This document shows positions 1 through 9,214 of a DNA stretch of 64,000 nucleotides, in pieces. Position 1 is the first letter of the stretch; every line of letters begins with the position of its first letter. Source of the DNA: an uncultured virus (IMG/VR IMGVR_UViG_3300027861_004723). Lineage: Duplodnaviria > Heunggongvirae > Uroviricota > Caudoviricetes. The notes under the pieces are model-generated. The model searched no databases. It had not been told where the DNA came from and saw only the letters and a program-made list of their open reading frames with translations. A program made the translations under genes and the position numbers. Location: the IMG/VR virus record IMGVR_UViG_3300027861_004723. One strand, given 5' to 3'.

Positions 1-267
1 ATGAGTACTGAAACAACAACGTCCGAGACCACCACAGAAGTAACCCTTTTCGATGAACTAGAAGCTCTGCTAAAATCAGCTAGGGCTGATTATGATAAGC
101 TTCGCGGAACTGCCACCAAAGCCGGTGTGCAGGATCGTGCAACGAAGCTCCGTAAGAAGCTTAAGAGCGTGCAGGAAGTTGCTCAAAAAGTTAAGAAGGA
201 AGCTCTGTCGCTACGAGCAGCAGCAAAAGAGCGTCGTGCACAGGCTAAGGCCACGCGCACAGCTTAA
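1..267 (+). CDS. Small basic helical protein, possibly histone H1-like (Hc1-type) nucleoid protein
   Basis: K/A/R-rich; FDELEALLKSARADYDK...ATKLRKKLKSVQEVAQKVKKE resembles Hc1-like small proteins; followed by a terminator. Confidence 0.45.
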   Translation: MSTETTTSETTTEVTLFDELEALLKSARADYDKLRGTATKAGVQDRATKLRKKLKSVQEVAQKVKKEALSLRAAAKERRAQAKATRTA

Positions 268-287
268 TAGCTATACAAGCACTAAAG

Positions 288-315
288 AAGCGTCGATAAC
301 CTCGACGCTTTTTTT
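288..315 (+). terminator. Rho-independent terminator
   Basis: AAGCGTCGA-taacc-TCGACGCTT followed by a T run. Confidence 0.85.
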
Positions 316-354
316 ATGCCTAGCCCTAAAATTAGATTCTGGTATACTTTTGTA

Positions 355-582
355 ATGGTACCTGAAAAAATACTAATATGCTCCGATGCTAATAGCTACT
401 ACCCCTTTGATGATAAAAATGTTTGGACCCTAAAAGAGGATCAATGGAAGCTTATACCTGTTCCCCCATTTATAATGATTTGTTCTGATAATGAATTACT
501 TGAGATATTACTTTTGAATAAATGCTCTTGCTCCTCTAGAGAGCTTTTTAATTTCGGGTGTCGTTGCCAGCACACCCCTTGA
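355..582 (+). CDS. Hypothetical protein with C-terminal CxC-x8-GCxC module
   Basis: TATACT-6nt-ATG(355); ends KCSCSSRELFNFGCRCQHTP. Confidence 0.75.
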   Translation: MVPEKILICSDANSYYPFDDKNVWTLKEDQWKLIPVPPFIMICSDNELLEILLLNKCSCSSRELFNFGCRCQHTP

Positions 583-622
583 AATTTCTAGAGACTCTGC
601 TAAGCTAAGGCTTGAGGTACCT

Positions 623-1297
623 ATGAAGCGCCCTTTGATTCCAGTAATGCTATTACTGTCCAGTATCTGTTTTGCTCAATCAGGAAAAAAACCAGATAAC
701 TATCACATGACTGTGATTAAGCACCCCAAAACCCAACTAACTAAAAATTGGGCATTCGTTATTGACACTAGTCATAGTATGAATCAAGACCGGGTAGAGA
801 AAGCCCAAAAAGCTTTCCAGGAAGCAACGAGATGCCCTAGCGACGAACTAAATTTCTGTATGTTCACTTTTAACGATAAGGGTGTAGACAGATTTAGAAA
901 ATGGCGGGAAGCCTCCCCGCAAGCCTTCAAAAAAGCCCATAATTGGGCAAGAAAAAAATGGCAACGGGGGGTTCTTTCTTACGCCGGAAATGCTTTACGC
1001 AAAGCACTGCAGCTTAGAAAAACCGAACTTACTCTTATAATTATCTCTGATGGAGGGTTCACAGAGGGCTATGAGAAAATTGATTGTATCATAAGAAGAG
1101 GGCAAGCTTGGAGAGAAGCAAATGGGTATGAAAGAGCTATTATATCCTGTATTGGAATTCAAAATCTCTATTACAGGACAGGAGGCAAAGAAGCAGATTC
1201 AGTAAACCAGAAATGGCTACATGATATTGGAGTGGCTAATCAGGGTGGTTATAGCTATGTCCATCGAGGAGCAGCACCTCTTAATCCCCTACGCTAA
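623..1297 (+). CDS. Secreted VWA-domain protein
   Basis: Signal peptide; MIDAS-like FVIDTSHSM; IIISDG; paralog of 25683 and 42610. Confidence 0.8.
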   Translation: MKRPLIPVMLLLSSICFAQSGKKPDNYHMTVIKHPKTQLTKNWAFVIDTSHSMNQDRVEKAQKAFQEATRCPSDELNFCMFTFNDKGVDRFRKWREASPQAFKKAHNWARKKWQRGVLSYAGNALRKALQLRKTELTLIIISDGGFTEGYEKIDCIIRRGQAWREANGYERAIISCIGIQNLYYRTGGKEADSVNQKWLHDIGVANQGGYSYVHRGAAPLNPLR

Positions 1298-1515
1298 CAG
1301 CTTGGACAAGTACGCTGCATTCCACGGGACACATGCCCAGAAGACCAGGGATGCGGAATAGGTGCTCTTGGTGATGGGCTGGGTGGCCCCGGTATAAGAG
1401 GCCCCATACTAGGGGGCATCGAACCAAAAGGCGCATAGCTAGAGAGTCCTCGGAATTCTTTCAATTTTCGGGGCGTATACCCTTGATAATCTTGTAAAAA
1501 ACCAGGTCTTCTCAT
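1294..1515 (-). CDS. Small Pro-rich protein with RPGFL leader
   Basis: TTTGcTACAAT-6nt-ATG; starts MRRPGFLQ. Confidence 0.7.
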   Translation of the reverse strand: MRRPGFLQDYQGYTPRKLKEFRGLSSYAPFGSMPPSMGPLIPGPPSPSPRAPIPHPWSSGHVSRGMQRTCPSC

Positions 1516-1532
1516 TTAATTATTGTAGCAAA

Positions 1533-1925
1533 TTAAGAATCGATTACCCAATCTAGGGCAAACAGTATAGAAGGTTTCAAGTTAAGCCCTTCCAGGTCAC
1601 TCAGCACTAGCTTTGGGAGGTCCACATCAACTTCAGTTGAGACAAGCTCCTTAAAGGCTTTATCGAAAGCCTTTCTATCTGCAAAAACCAAAAACCCCCT
1701 ACCCGAATCATTTGGATCGGCTTTTACGACCTGCTCGCCATTCTCATCATGCTCAACATATTGATTTTGGACAATCCCCAAAGCTTTGTTGTAATCGCTT
1801 AGGGCCTCATCTACTTTTCTAGAAATTTTAGCTACTTTTAGCGCCCCCCTGACAGGCAAGGAAACTTCATTTAATTCATTTAGTGCTGCGACGGAGTCTA
1901 GCAGGGATTTATTAGTTACTTTCAT
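1533..1925 (-). CDS. Conserved phage-type hypothetical protein
   Basis: TACATT-6nt-ATG; LPVRGALKVAK...LKPSILFALDWVI pattern common in phage proteins. Confidence 0.7.
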   Translation of the reverse strand: MKVTNKSLLDSVAALNELNEVSLPVRGALKVAKISRKVDEALSDYNKALGIVQNQYVEHDENGEQVVKADPNDSGRGFLVFADRKAFDKAFKELVSTEVDVDLPKLVLSDLEGLNLKPSILFALDWVIDS

Positions 1926-1970
1926 AAGACCAATGTATTAGAACAAGATAAAAAAGCAAATTCCGGACAA

Positions 1971-2615
1971 CTAGTTTCTTAATTTTCGCAATTCCCCAAG
2001 ACATCTTATACAAAAATTAGTCCTATGTGTTCCAGCTCTCCAGAACATCGTACAGTCTTCATCATTACAGTGGTGGGGACGATCTGGGTTAGAGGGAGGC
2101 TCATCTCGCGACCAAGCTACTCTTATCATGTGCCCTAATTCATGAAGCAGGACAACCCCCTCCCAATCATCATCCGTAATATCTCTAAAAATAGCAAAAG
2201 ATGTATCCCCATATTGTATCCCGGCTATGGTAGTTGAAGACCCTCCGAGGTATATCCCAGGAAGATAAGCAATGAAGACAACCAAAATCCTATCCTCTGC
2301 ATTTTTATCACGAATTAGCCTGTTATTTTCCTCGAACTGCCTAAGTTGCCCAGGTGTCCAGACATTAGGGCCTGGAATATCCTGCCGTTGTCGAAATATA
2401 ACACGGTTTCCTATTCCATACTGAACAATTTTACTACGGAAAAACTCTAATGCCTCAGAACTAGGCGTACCAGTATTAACACTAGCTATGTCAAATATAA
2501 CTGTATCATAGAGAGGATTTTTTACTTGTGTTTGGGTAGATCTTACTTGTAGTGGTGCGCAGCTAGTAATAAAAAAGGTCAAACCAATAATCACTAGGTT
2601 AGGCAATCTAAACAT
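1971..2615 (-). CDS. Putative lipoprotein zinc metalloprotease
   Basis: Lipobox-like FITSC; LLHELGH zinc motif followed by HCNDEDCTM and FCIRC (archaemetzincin-like arrangement). Confidence 0.7.
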   Translation of the reverse strand: MFRLPNLVIIGLTFFITSCAPLQVRSTQTQVKNPLYDTVIFDIASVNTGTPSSEALEFFRSKIVQYGIGNRVIFRQRQDIPGPNVWTPGQLRQFEENNRLIRDKNAEDRILVVFIAYLPGIYLGGSSTTIAGIQYGDTSFAIFRDITDDDWEGVVLLHELGHMIRVAWSRDEPPSNPDRPHHCNDEDCTMFWRAGTHRTNFCIRCLGELRKLRN

Positions 2616-2649
2616 ATATGCTAAGTTTAGCAAATATGTTAAGTAGTAA

Positions 2650-2874
2650 CTAAGGTTTCCGGTTTTTAAGGTCTAACATATCTTTCTTCATCTTAGCGAA
2701 CTCTATCTTCGCATCTGCAAAGATAGAAAGTGCTTCTACAGATAAAGCCGAGAATGTCTTATCATCTAATACTTTAATAGTAATAATGAGTTCTCTAGAG
2801 AGATGCCTTACGTCTAGATCGAAGTCAAGTTTCATTGGATCTATATTTGTTAGGTCGGGGTTTGGTTGTATCAT
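2650..2874 (-). CDS. Hypothetical protein
   Basis: TTTGgTATACT just upstream of ATG 2874; start moved from the track's 3000. Confidence 0.6.
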   Translation of the reverse strand: MIQPNPDLTNIDPMKLDFDLDVRHLSRELIITIKVLDDKTFSALSVEALSIFADAKIEFAKMKKDMLDLKNRKP

Positions 2875-2924
2875 AGTAGATAAGTATACCAAAAGAACCC
2901 CCAAGCCACTCACTTCAATATAAT

Positions 2925-3173
2925 TTAGTGAGCACAGTGGTGATGACATTGGTGCCAAGAGTGCCCATGAGGATAAATAACCACTCTGTAATGAGAACAT
3001 CTCCAGCTGCAGACATGGTAGTAATGCCAGTGACAGCTCCTATTACAAGAATGGTAAACACTAACCCGGGGGATAGGTATAATTACCGTACCACGAATTC
3101 CACGAAAACGAACAGCACAGCCCGAAGTAAGCAAAGTCATGCATAAAACGAATAAGAGTATAAAATTTCTCAT
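2925..3173 (-). CDS. Small His/Cys-rich lipoprotein
   Basis: TATACT-6nt-ATG; lipobox LLTSGC; repeated H-x-C-x3-C-x-H units. Confidence 0.7.
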   Translation of the reverse strand: MRNFILLFVLCMTLLTSGCAVRFRGIRGTVIIPIPRVSVYHSCNRSCHWHYYHVCSWRCSHYRVVIYPHGHSWHQCHHHCAH

Positions 3174-3230
3174 TTTGGCAGTATACCAAAATTGTTCATT
3201 AAAATGCTGGAATACTGGTATAATAAATCT

Positions 3231-4820
3231 ATGAAAGTTAAGTTAGCTATTTCGCAGAACGATTACGATGAGTGGGTAGTTAAGTACTACCTAAATAACA
3301 GCTTTTCCGAAGGAAAAAGTTATTACACCGATGATTTAGAGGATGCCATAGGCACTGCAAGACACATGGAAAGAGAAGCCGAGAACCAAGGTCATATTGT
3401 CACTACAAATCTGGCTAGGTATGCTCAAAATCCTTGGGATTGCCTATCTCGTAATCCAGATGATGAATTACCTATCTATGAAATACCAGAAGCAAACTGG
3501 GCAAAACTCGAAGCATCGATAGCTGATCTCAATAATAAAGCAGTAAAGCTAGGCAGCACCCCCGTTGTTCTGAGCATTATAGATGAAAGACAAGTTACTA
3601 AAAAAGATGGCGAAGATACTTGGACCGAAATAGTTTATCACGTAACGGTCACCGGAGAAGCCCCCAAGCTCTCTGGCTGGGGGTTGATTGCAGTAATAAC
3701 CCCCCAAATCAGTGGGGAAAACCTAGTTAAGTGTATTCCTGGTAAAGTCTGCCCAACAAAGTACCGCTTGGCAGACCCAAAAGACTGCGACCACTGCAAT
3801 ACCCAGCGCCGCCGTAATGATGTTTTTATTTTACGCCACGACAACGGAGAGCACCGACAAGTAGGTAGACAATGCCTCCGAGATTTCCTGGGCCACAAAG
3901 ACCCTAGCAGAATCCTAAGTATGGCAGAGATTCTAATGTCTGTTGGCGATATTATGCATGATGCTGAAGAGGGCGGCTGGGGCGGCGGCTTTAGGTCTCC
4001 TACTTACAATTTGCAGCAATTCGTTGCCACTACAGCTTGTGTTGTTCGACGCCTGGGATGGGTTCCCAAAAGTAAAGCAGAACATGGCCACCCTTCCACA
4101 GCAAGCAATGTTTTGGAGATTTTGGTCCCCCCTTTCGGGGCCCAGGCAGCTAGATCCAGACGATTATGGGTTGCTGAGAATCAATTATATGTCAACGAAG
4201 AAGATGAAAAACTAGCCGAAGATGCTATCCAGTGGGGCCAGGCTTTGCCTACAGACGGCGGCGATTATATCTATAATCTGGGAGTATCGATCCGTAATGG
4301 GGTTGTCGAAGCAGGAAATAAAAATAGTACAGTAGGCTTAGTCGCTAGTTTGGTTAGTGCCTACAACCGAGAAATTAAAAAAGAACGTGATATTCTTAGA
4401 AGAGCCCAAAAAGCAGAAAATACAGTTCATGTAGGGACTCCCAAAGTAAGACAAGGATTTCCTGGGGTTACAGTTGTATTTATAGGAGAAACACGACAAA
4501 CACAATATGGTATTAGCACTCTAATTAAATTGGAAGATTCAGATGGGAATAACCTAACTTGGTGGAATACTAGTGAGGTTGCTAAGTGGCTTAAAGATAG
4601 CTACCAGGATGACACTCCAATAGACATTACAGCAACAGTGAAAAAACATGAAGACTATCGAGGGGTACCACAAACTGTAATCCAACGAGTAAAGGAAGGT
4701 CTTCCGAAGAAAAAAGCAGCAAAAGGCGGGGCACGAAAATGCGGTCTTTGCAAGCAGACTGGGCATAATAGACGAAGTTGCCCAGATAAAAGCAGAAAAT
4801 TGCGCAGAAGAAAGAGCTAG
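3231..4820 (+). CDS. Large phage protein with zinc ribbon, OB-fold-like C-terminal region and zinc knuckle
   Basis: TATAAT-6nt-ATG; CDHCNTQRRRN...QVGRQCLRDFLG; ATVKKHEDYRGVPQTVIQRV; CGLCKQTGHNRRSC; basic tail. Confidence 0.75.
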   Translation: MKVKLAISQNDYDEWVVKYYLNNSFSEGKSYYTDDLEDAIGTARHMEREAENQGHIVTTNLARYAQNPWDCLSRNPDDELPIYEIPEANWAKLEASIADLNNKAVKLGSTPVVLSIIDERQVTKKDGEDTWTEIVYHVTVTGEAPKLSGWGLIAVITPQISGENLVKCIPGKVCPTKYRLADPKDCDHCNTQRRRNDVFILRHDNGEHRQVGRQCLRDFLGHKDPSRILSMAEILMSVGDIMHDAEEGGWGGGFRSPTYNLQQFVATTACVVRRLGWVPKSKAEHGHPSTASNVLEILVPPFGAQAARSRRLWVAENQLYVNEEDEKLAEDAIQWGQALPTDGGDYIYNLGVSIRNGVVEAGNKNSTVGLVASLVSAYNREIKKERDILRRAQKAENTVHVGTPKVRQGFPGVTVVFIGETRQTQYGISTLIKLEDSDGNNLTWWNTSEVAKWLKDSYQDDTPIDITATVKKHEDYRGVPQTVIQRVKEGLPKKKAAKGGARKCGLCKQTGHNRRSCPDKSRKLRRRKS

Positions 4821-4972
4821 ATCACCCAGGGATTGGGGGTTGGATGCTCATGCTCATCTTTAAATTTTTGGATAGCAGTCGATGCATCAGCAAAGTTGAT
4901 TGGGATTTCTAGGCTTGCTATATCTCCACAAGTTTTACACCGCAAGGTTATAATGAATTCGATTTTCGGCAT
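4817..4972 (-). CDS. 51-aa putative zinc-binding protein (not in ORF track)
   Basis: ATG overlaps upstream stop (TAATG); MPKIEFIITLRCKTCGDIASLEIPINFADASTAIQKFKDEHEHPTPNPWVI. Confidence 0.65.
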   Translation of the reverse strand: MPKIEFIITLRCKTCGDIASLEIPINFADASTAIQKFKDEHEHPTPNPWVI

Positions 4973-6147
4973 TAATTTTTATAGACAATGATAGGAAGAA
5001 AATAGGGAACTCTTGCCACACCACCATCCGGAGTTTCTGAATACTCATATACATCCTGAGGAACTCGAAGTATTTTAACACCCTTGGGGCCAATATGTCG
5101 AACCCCTAGAACACCAGATTCATCACCATAATCCATACTAACATTAATCAGTTTATATCGTTCATTATGTCGGCTAACTAGGTATATTTCAAATGATCCA
5201 GCACTACATCCCAACCCCTGAAGCCCTCCACATTTTACCCACAGGTCTTCCCAAGAACCAATATCATCCAGATTCATTATTAGATCATAGAGCTTAGCTG
5301 AGATCTCTTCTTTGTATTTCCACTCAGCACCTTGAGGAGTAATAATAAAAGGAGATTTACCCTCTGACAATAAAAGAAAATTGGCGGCTCCCTTGGGTAG
5401 AGCTATTGATCCGTATCTAGATATGGTGTGTCGTCCACTTGGCAAGACCGCAGGAAGGAAAACTTCTCCCGGGGTAGCATTTAGGTCAACATATTTTTCG
5501 ACTGGGAACAAAGGTGTGTTAGATCTCTTAAGGCGGGATAGGAAGCTTTGACCAGACTTGGGGCTTGGAAGTTTCCGCATGGAGTAATCCGGATTTCTTC
5601 GGTATCGTCGTCTTTTTCCGTGTCGGCGGTTGTTAGCCAAAGCAACAAGGGTGTTGCCCCTAATGGATCTAGATAAACTTACTTTACCCCTATTCTGCAA
5701 CCTCTTTACATATATGTGAATTGTTTCGGGCTTAATATTTAAGCCACGGGATATGCCCTCTACGGTTTTTGTTCCATGAAATCGGAGGTACCCAATAATT
5801 TCACCGGACGTGAGGCTGTTTTCTGATATCGCGTCTGGCCCAGACCGCCCAACAGCTTCCTCCTCCGCTCCTTTTTTAGACCACCTGCTCATCAACTTAT
5901 TGATGTAAGGTTGATGCTCAACATGATCCAAGCAGTAAGGCTTACCTTCGTTTGTATCCTGCCCACAAATACGGCATGTTTTTGACTGGGGCATTTTTGC
6001 ATAACCAGAGCTACTAGATAGTCCTCTTTTTGGAAAGCCAAAAATTCTTCCCAGAGGGTTTTTGCGACGTATTCTACTGAAGCGTCTTCGTCCGAAGTGG
6101 TTTTTATGACCAGTTCTGTGATATGTATGCCTAAATCTGTTTATCAT
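4972..6147 (-). CDS. Multi-module protein: basic N-terminus, Zn finger, winged-HTH-like segment, RRNP-delimited C-terminal domain
   Basis: TAATG-coupled start at 6147; CRICG..YCLDH; TVEGISRGLNIKPETIHIYVKRLQNRGKV; RRKNP and RRRYRRNP. Confidence 0.65.
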   Translation of the reverse strand: MINRFRHTYHRTGHKNHFGRRRFSRIRRKNPLGRIFGFPKRGLSSSSGYAKMPQSKTCRICGQDTNEGKPYCLDHVEHQPYINKLMSRWSKKGAEEEAVGRSGPDAISENSLTSGEIIGYLRFHGTKTVEGISRGLNIKPETIHIYVKRLQNRGKVSLSRSIRGNTLVALANNRRHGKRRRYRRNPDYSMRKLPSPKSGQSFLSRLKRSNTPLFPVEKYVDLNATPGEVFLPAVLPSGRHTISRYGSIALPKGAANFLLLSEGKSPFIITPQGAEWKYKEEISAKLYDLIMNLDDIGSWEDLWVKCGGLQGLGCSAGSFEIYLVSRHNERYKLINVSMDYGDESGVLGVRHIGPKGVKILRVPQDVYEYSETPDGGVARVPYFLPIIVYKN

Positions 6148-6344
6148 TAGTCTACTTGATAGTCTTCCCACACAGGGTCTTCCACCCAGAATTGGTCTTG
6201 CCAATCTAGTTTTGTTTGCGGTGCAGGATAGGTATGCACGTCAGATGATCGACTGGAGCTTCTTCTCCAGCTTTGTGGGGCAGGAGTTGGTTGGTATATG
6301 TCACCAAACCAATAGTCCGTTCCATTTAAAAATCCTGGTCTCAT
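6147..6344 (-). CDS. Small protein with RPGFL..WFG leader
   Basis: TATCAT-6nt-ATG; MRPGFLNGTDYWFGD. Confidence 0.7.
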   Translation of the reverse strand: MRPGFLNGTDYWFGDIYQPTPAPQSWRRSSSRSSDVHTYPAPQTKLDWQDQFWVEDPVWEDYQVD

Positions 6345-6362
6345 ATACTAATGATAACAAAT

Positions 6363-6785
6363 CTAGCCTTTGCCATAAATAAGAATCCATAAGATGATAA
6401 GACTTAAAACCCAAACCCACGTATCTGGTTTTCTAGTATGCTCCTCCCAATTTAGATGAGTGACATTTCCGGCGTCCTTATCTGGACCAATCCCAAAAAG
6501 CAAGTTGCCCGTGTCTTTATCTCCAAACCAAGGAATACAATTGTCTGCTTCCGGGGCTTGCCCTGACCCACAATAAGACCTGTGCGGATTGCTCCACACA
6601 CTGTGCCTCCCATCCTCTATATTTATAGAGCCCAGCTTAGGGTGATCGCCCGTAATAACAAATGATCCATCCTCTTTTTGATGAATCTTGTCAAATATTG
6701 AACTAACCGTAGCCCCCGCTAGATGCGGATATTTCTTTAGTATACCGCTGGATCTTTTTAGATATTTGATATCCATCAAACGCAT
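6363..6785 (-). CDS. Hypothetical protein with C-terminal membrane anchor
   Basis: TATAAT-6nt-ATG; WVWVLSLIILWILIY. Confidence 0.7.
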   Translation of the reverse strand: MRLMDIKYLKRSSGILKKYPHLAGATVSSIFDKIHQKEDGSFVITGDHPKLGSINIEDGRHSVWSNPHRSYCGSGQAPEADNCIPWFGDKDTGNLLFGIGPDKDAGNVTHLNWEEHTRKPDTWVWVLSLIILWILIYGKG

Positions 6786-6821
6786 AATGTAATTATAACA
6801 GAAACTTGCTACAATAGAGTC

Positions 6822-7118
6822 ATGCGCCCAGGATATTTAGGAAATCTAGACGATTTTTGGTTTGGTAATCTTTCCGGAAAACACTTTGAAATACTAGAAG
6901 CAAGAAGCGCTTCTCCTATAATCACTACTAAAAATAGGATAATGGGTAAAACCGCAGAAGAATTTAAAGCTCTCAATTACGGCAGAGGATGGTCAACTAC
7001 TGCTATACCAGAAGAGCGAACTGTAGATAGCTATCAGCGAAGTCCGTATTCGAATACCGGGTTGAACCAGGTAATTGCTAAATATCAGAAAAATTCTCAA
7101 ATTTTTAAGCTAGTTTAG
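6822..7118 (+). CDS. Small protein with RPGYL..WFG leader
   Basis: TGcTACAAT-6nt-ATG; MRPGYLGNLDDFWFGNLSG. Confidence 0.75.
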   Translation: MRPGYLGNLDDFWFGNLSGKHFEILEARSASPIITTKNRIMGKTAEEFKALNYGRGWSTTAIPEERTVDSYQRSPYSNTGLNQVIAKYQKNSQIFKLV

Positions 7119-7140
7119 CTACAATGAGTAGGAGGTAATT

Positions 7141-7773
7141 ATGTTTGGAATTCTAGAAGGCTTGTTCGGAATGATTAGACCAGGAATACTGGGTAATCCA
7201 AAGAAAGATTTAGACGATCTAATCACTAGGTTAGATTCTATACCTAACTGGAGCCTAGCTGTAGCTAGAGCTTCTGATTCCCCAAGAAAGCCCGAGAACC
7301 TAGCTAATGAATTTTATGGGTTGTTGGATCACATCAAGAGAACCAAGGATTCGGTATCTGTCACCATAGTTCGCAGATATACCCAAATGGTTGAGCAGAT
7401 GGTTAAGCTAGCTGGCCCCGGCGAAAGAGCACAGCCAGCACCGGCCCCAAAGCCCGCACCGGCCCCAAAGCCCGCACCGGCCCCAAAACCGGCCCCCAAA
7501 CCAAAACCAGCCCCAGCAAAACTCCCGCCAGCCCCTCCTGGACTTAAATGTCCTCACTACACTTCAGCGTCCGCTTATCCTAAAAACTGGGATGATCCCG
7601 AAGCAGAAGAGAGGTATCTAGTAGGTAACCCCGATGTTAGAATGTGGGTTGCAGCTATGAAGAAGAGAAAATCTCTCAAAGGCAAGCTAAATGCTCTTTG
7701 GCACTATCGCTGTTACGGTGCTAAAGAAAACAGAACTTGGGCTGGCTGGGATATGCCCGGGTATCTTCGCTAG
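7141..7773 (+). CDS. Protein with RPGIL motif, PAPAPK linker and C-terminal YLxxNPDV...HYxxxGxxExR domain
   Basis: AGGAGG SD; ERYLVGNPDVR...ALWHYRCYGAKENRTW. Confidence 0.75.
   Translation: MFGILEGLFGMIRPGILGNPKKDLDDLITRLDSIPNWSLAVARASDSPRKPENLANEFYGLLDHIKRTKDSVSVTIVRRYTQMVEQMVKLAGPGERAQPAPAPKPAPAPKPAPAPKPAPKPKPAPAKLPPAPPGLKCPHYTSASAYPKNWDDPEAEERYLVGNPDVRMWVAAMKKRKSLKGKLNALWHYRCYGAKENRTWAGWDMPGYLR
7432..7515 (+). repeat. Coding tandem repeat (~18-nt unit, PAPAPK)
   Basis: gcaccggccccaaagccc repeated ~3 times plus degenerate copies. Confidence 0.85.
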
Positions 7774-7839
7774 GCCGAAAATAATCTTTAATTTTGAGCT
7801 ATGACTTGCTTTTAGCTACTAGAGATATATACTCCTACT

Positions 7840-8031
7840 ATGTCCAACCCCCCAAATCAAGCCGCTTCACTTCCATCCAGTATCCGAAAATCTACGGCTA
7901 AGTTTGTCCGAAGCGAAGTAAACAAAACGACTTCCGCAGGCAATCTCAAAGTGTGGTTGCTGGAACTAGCTTTTGCAGTAGTAGTTGGACTCACCGTCTC
8001 TTGTGGCTATATTCATTATTTGCTTGGCTAG
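7840..8031 (+). CDS. Small membrane protein
   Basis: TTGCTT -35, TATACT-6nt-ATG; C-terminal hydrophobic helix. Confidence 0.65.
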   Translation: MSNPPNQAASLPSSIRKSTAKFVRSEVNKTTSAGNLKVWLLELAFAVVVGLTVSCGYIHYLLG

Positions 8032-8041
8032 GATAAAAGGT

Positions 8042-8368
8042 ATGAAACTAACCCATAGAATCAAAAACAGCGCTAGAACTTATTTACTGCTCACTGGAAT
8101 TGGTGTGACCGCAGTAGTTGCCGCCCCTTTTGCTGCCGTTTTTACGCTGCTTAAGCCGGATCAGGACCTACTAAAGAAACGACAAAAAGAGTTTTTTAAG
8201 CAGGTTAACGGCAGCATTAAGAACGCGGGAACCCAGTTAAAAGAGACGTTTAAGGATTTTGATCCAGCAGACCTGATGGATCCATCTGGTAGTGAACCTT
8301 GGAAGAAGCAGCACAATAAATACCACGATATGACAGATGAAGAGTGGTCTAAACGAAACGATGTTTAA
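8042..8368 (+). CDS. Hypothetical membrane-anchored protein
   Basis: TAGGAT-7nt-ATG(8042); N-terminal hydrophobic segment. Confidence 0.65.
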   Translation: MKLTHRIKNSARTYLLLTGIGVTAVVAAPFAAVFTLLKPDQDLLKKRQKEFFKQVNGSIKNAGTQLKETFKDFDPADLMDPSGSEPWKKQHNKYHDMTDEEWSKRNDV

Positions 8369-8373
8369 ACCCC

Positions 8374-9066
8374 ATGAAGAATAGCTTAGTTGTATTGCTA
8401 GTCGCACTATCTGGTTGTTATACCCCAGTGATCTCTTTAGATGGCTATATACCAGACAAAGAAGTAGCAGTTTATCCCACAGTAGATAGTCTTCGCAAAG
8501 CTAAGTATATGGAAAATGCTTACCGTGCAATAAAAGACATACCAGTCGTAGATGGTTTGTCTTTTAATACTTTTGCAGCAGGAACTAGTGTAGGATCTGC
8601 TATAGCTAGTTTTTTGACTTTATCGGGAACCGGAAGAAAAGTAGTTCTAGACAAAGAGCAAATTTACGAACATGGCTATGTTGCAATAGTTCACGAAGAT
8701 ATACACCATCTTGATGATATGGATCGTGACGGCATAAGCAATTGGATAAATCATGATGTATTCTTGCAAGCCTACAAATTGCTAGCCAAGGATTACAGAT
8801 ATAAAGGCATTCAATTGTGGTGCGAGACAGTTGCAAACGATTGGGTTACCAATACTTTCGGGGTAGGCCCTTATGCAGAACATATAGCCTATCTCGGTAT
8901 GTTCTTGTCACAAGGTAAGCCAGCACCCGAGTATCTAAAGGCTGTATTCTCTCGCATCCTAAAGGTAAGCTACTACAAAGAATCCGCTTACGTTACAACA
9001 ACTGGAGAGAGATTCAAGATTACAGCAGGCCCGGATAGTATCAAACTAGAGCCCCTTAGAAGATAA
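8374..9066 (+). CDS. Putative lipoprotein, possible HExxH metallopeptidase
   Basis: Lipobox ALSGC; IVHEDIHHLD; downstream AEHIAY. Confidence 0.6.
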   Translation: MKNSLVVLLVALSGCYTPVISLDGYIPDKEVAVYPTVDSLRKAKYMENAYRAIKDIPVVDGLSFNTFAAGTSVGSAIASFLTLSGTGRKVVLDKEQIYEHGYVAIVHEDIHHLDDMDRDGISNWINHDVFLQAYKLLAKDYRYKGIQLWCETVANDWVTNTFGVGPYAEHIAYLGMFLSQGKPAPEYLKAVFSRILKVSYYKESAYVTTTGERFKITAGPDSIKLEPLRR

Positions 9067-9214
9067 AAGGAGCTTCAGGCGTTCCTAGGCTATGCCCATC
9101 CATTTCCATTTTGATATGACCAATGACTGTCAGTATCATTACAATAGTGAAAATAACTGTAAAGAGTATATCAGCCCATTTACAGGGTTTATGTTGGGGT
9201 CTAGCTTCGGCCAC
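9056..9214 (-). CDS. 52-aa membrane protein (not in ORF track)
   Basis: GGGAGG SD and GTG start; ILFTVIFTIVMILTVIG helix. Confidence 0.5.
   Translation of the reverse strand: MAEARPQHKPCKWADILFTVIFTIVMILTVIGHIKMEMDGHSLGTPEAPFIF

Noticed and set aside
6148..6204. MARPILGG as another RPG-type leader on ORF 4972..6204
   Set aside because: It comes from a TTG start inside the upstream gene; the TAATG-coupled ATG at 6147 is the more plausible start.
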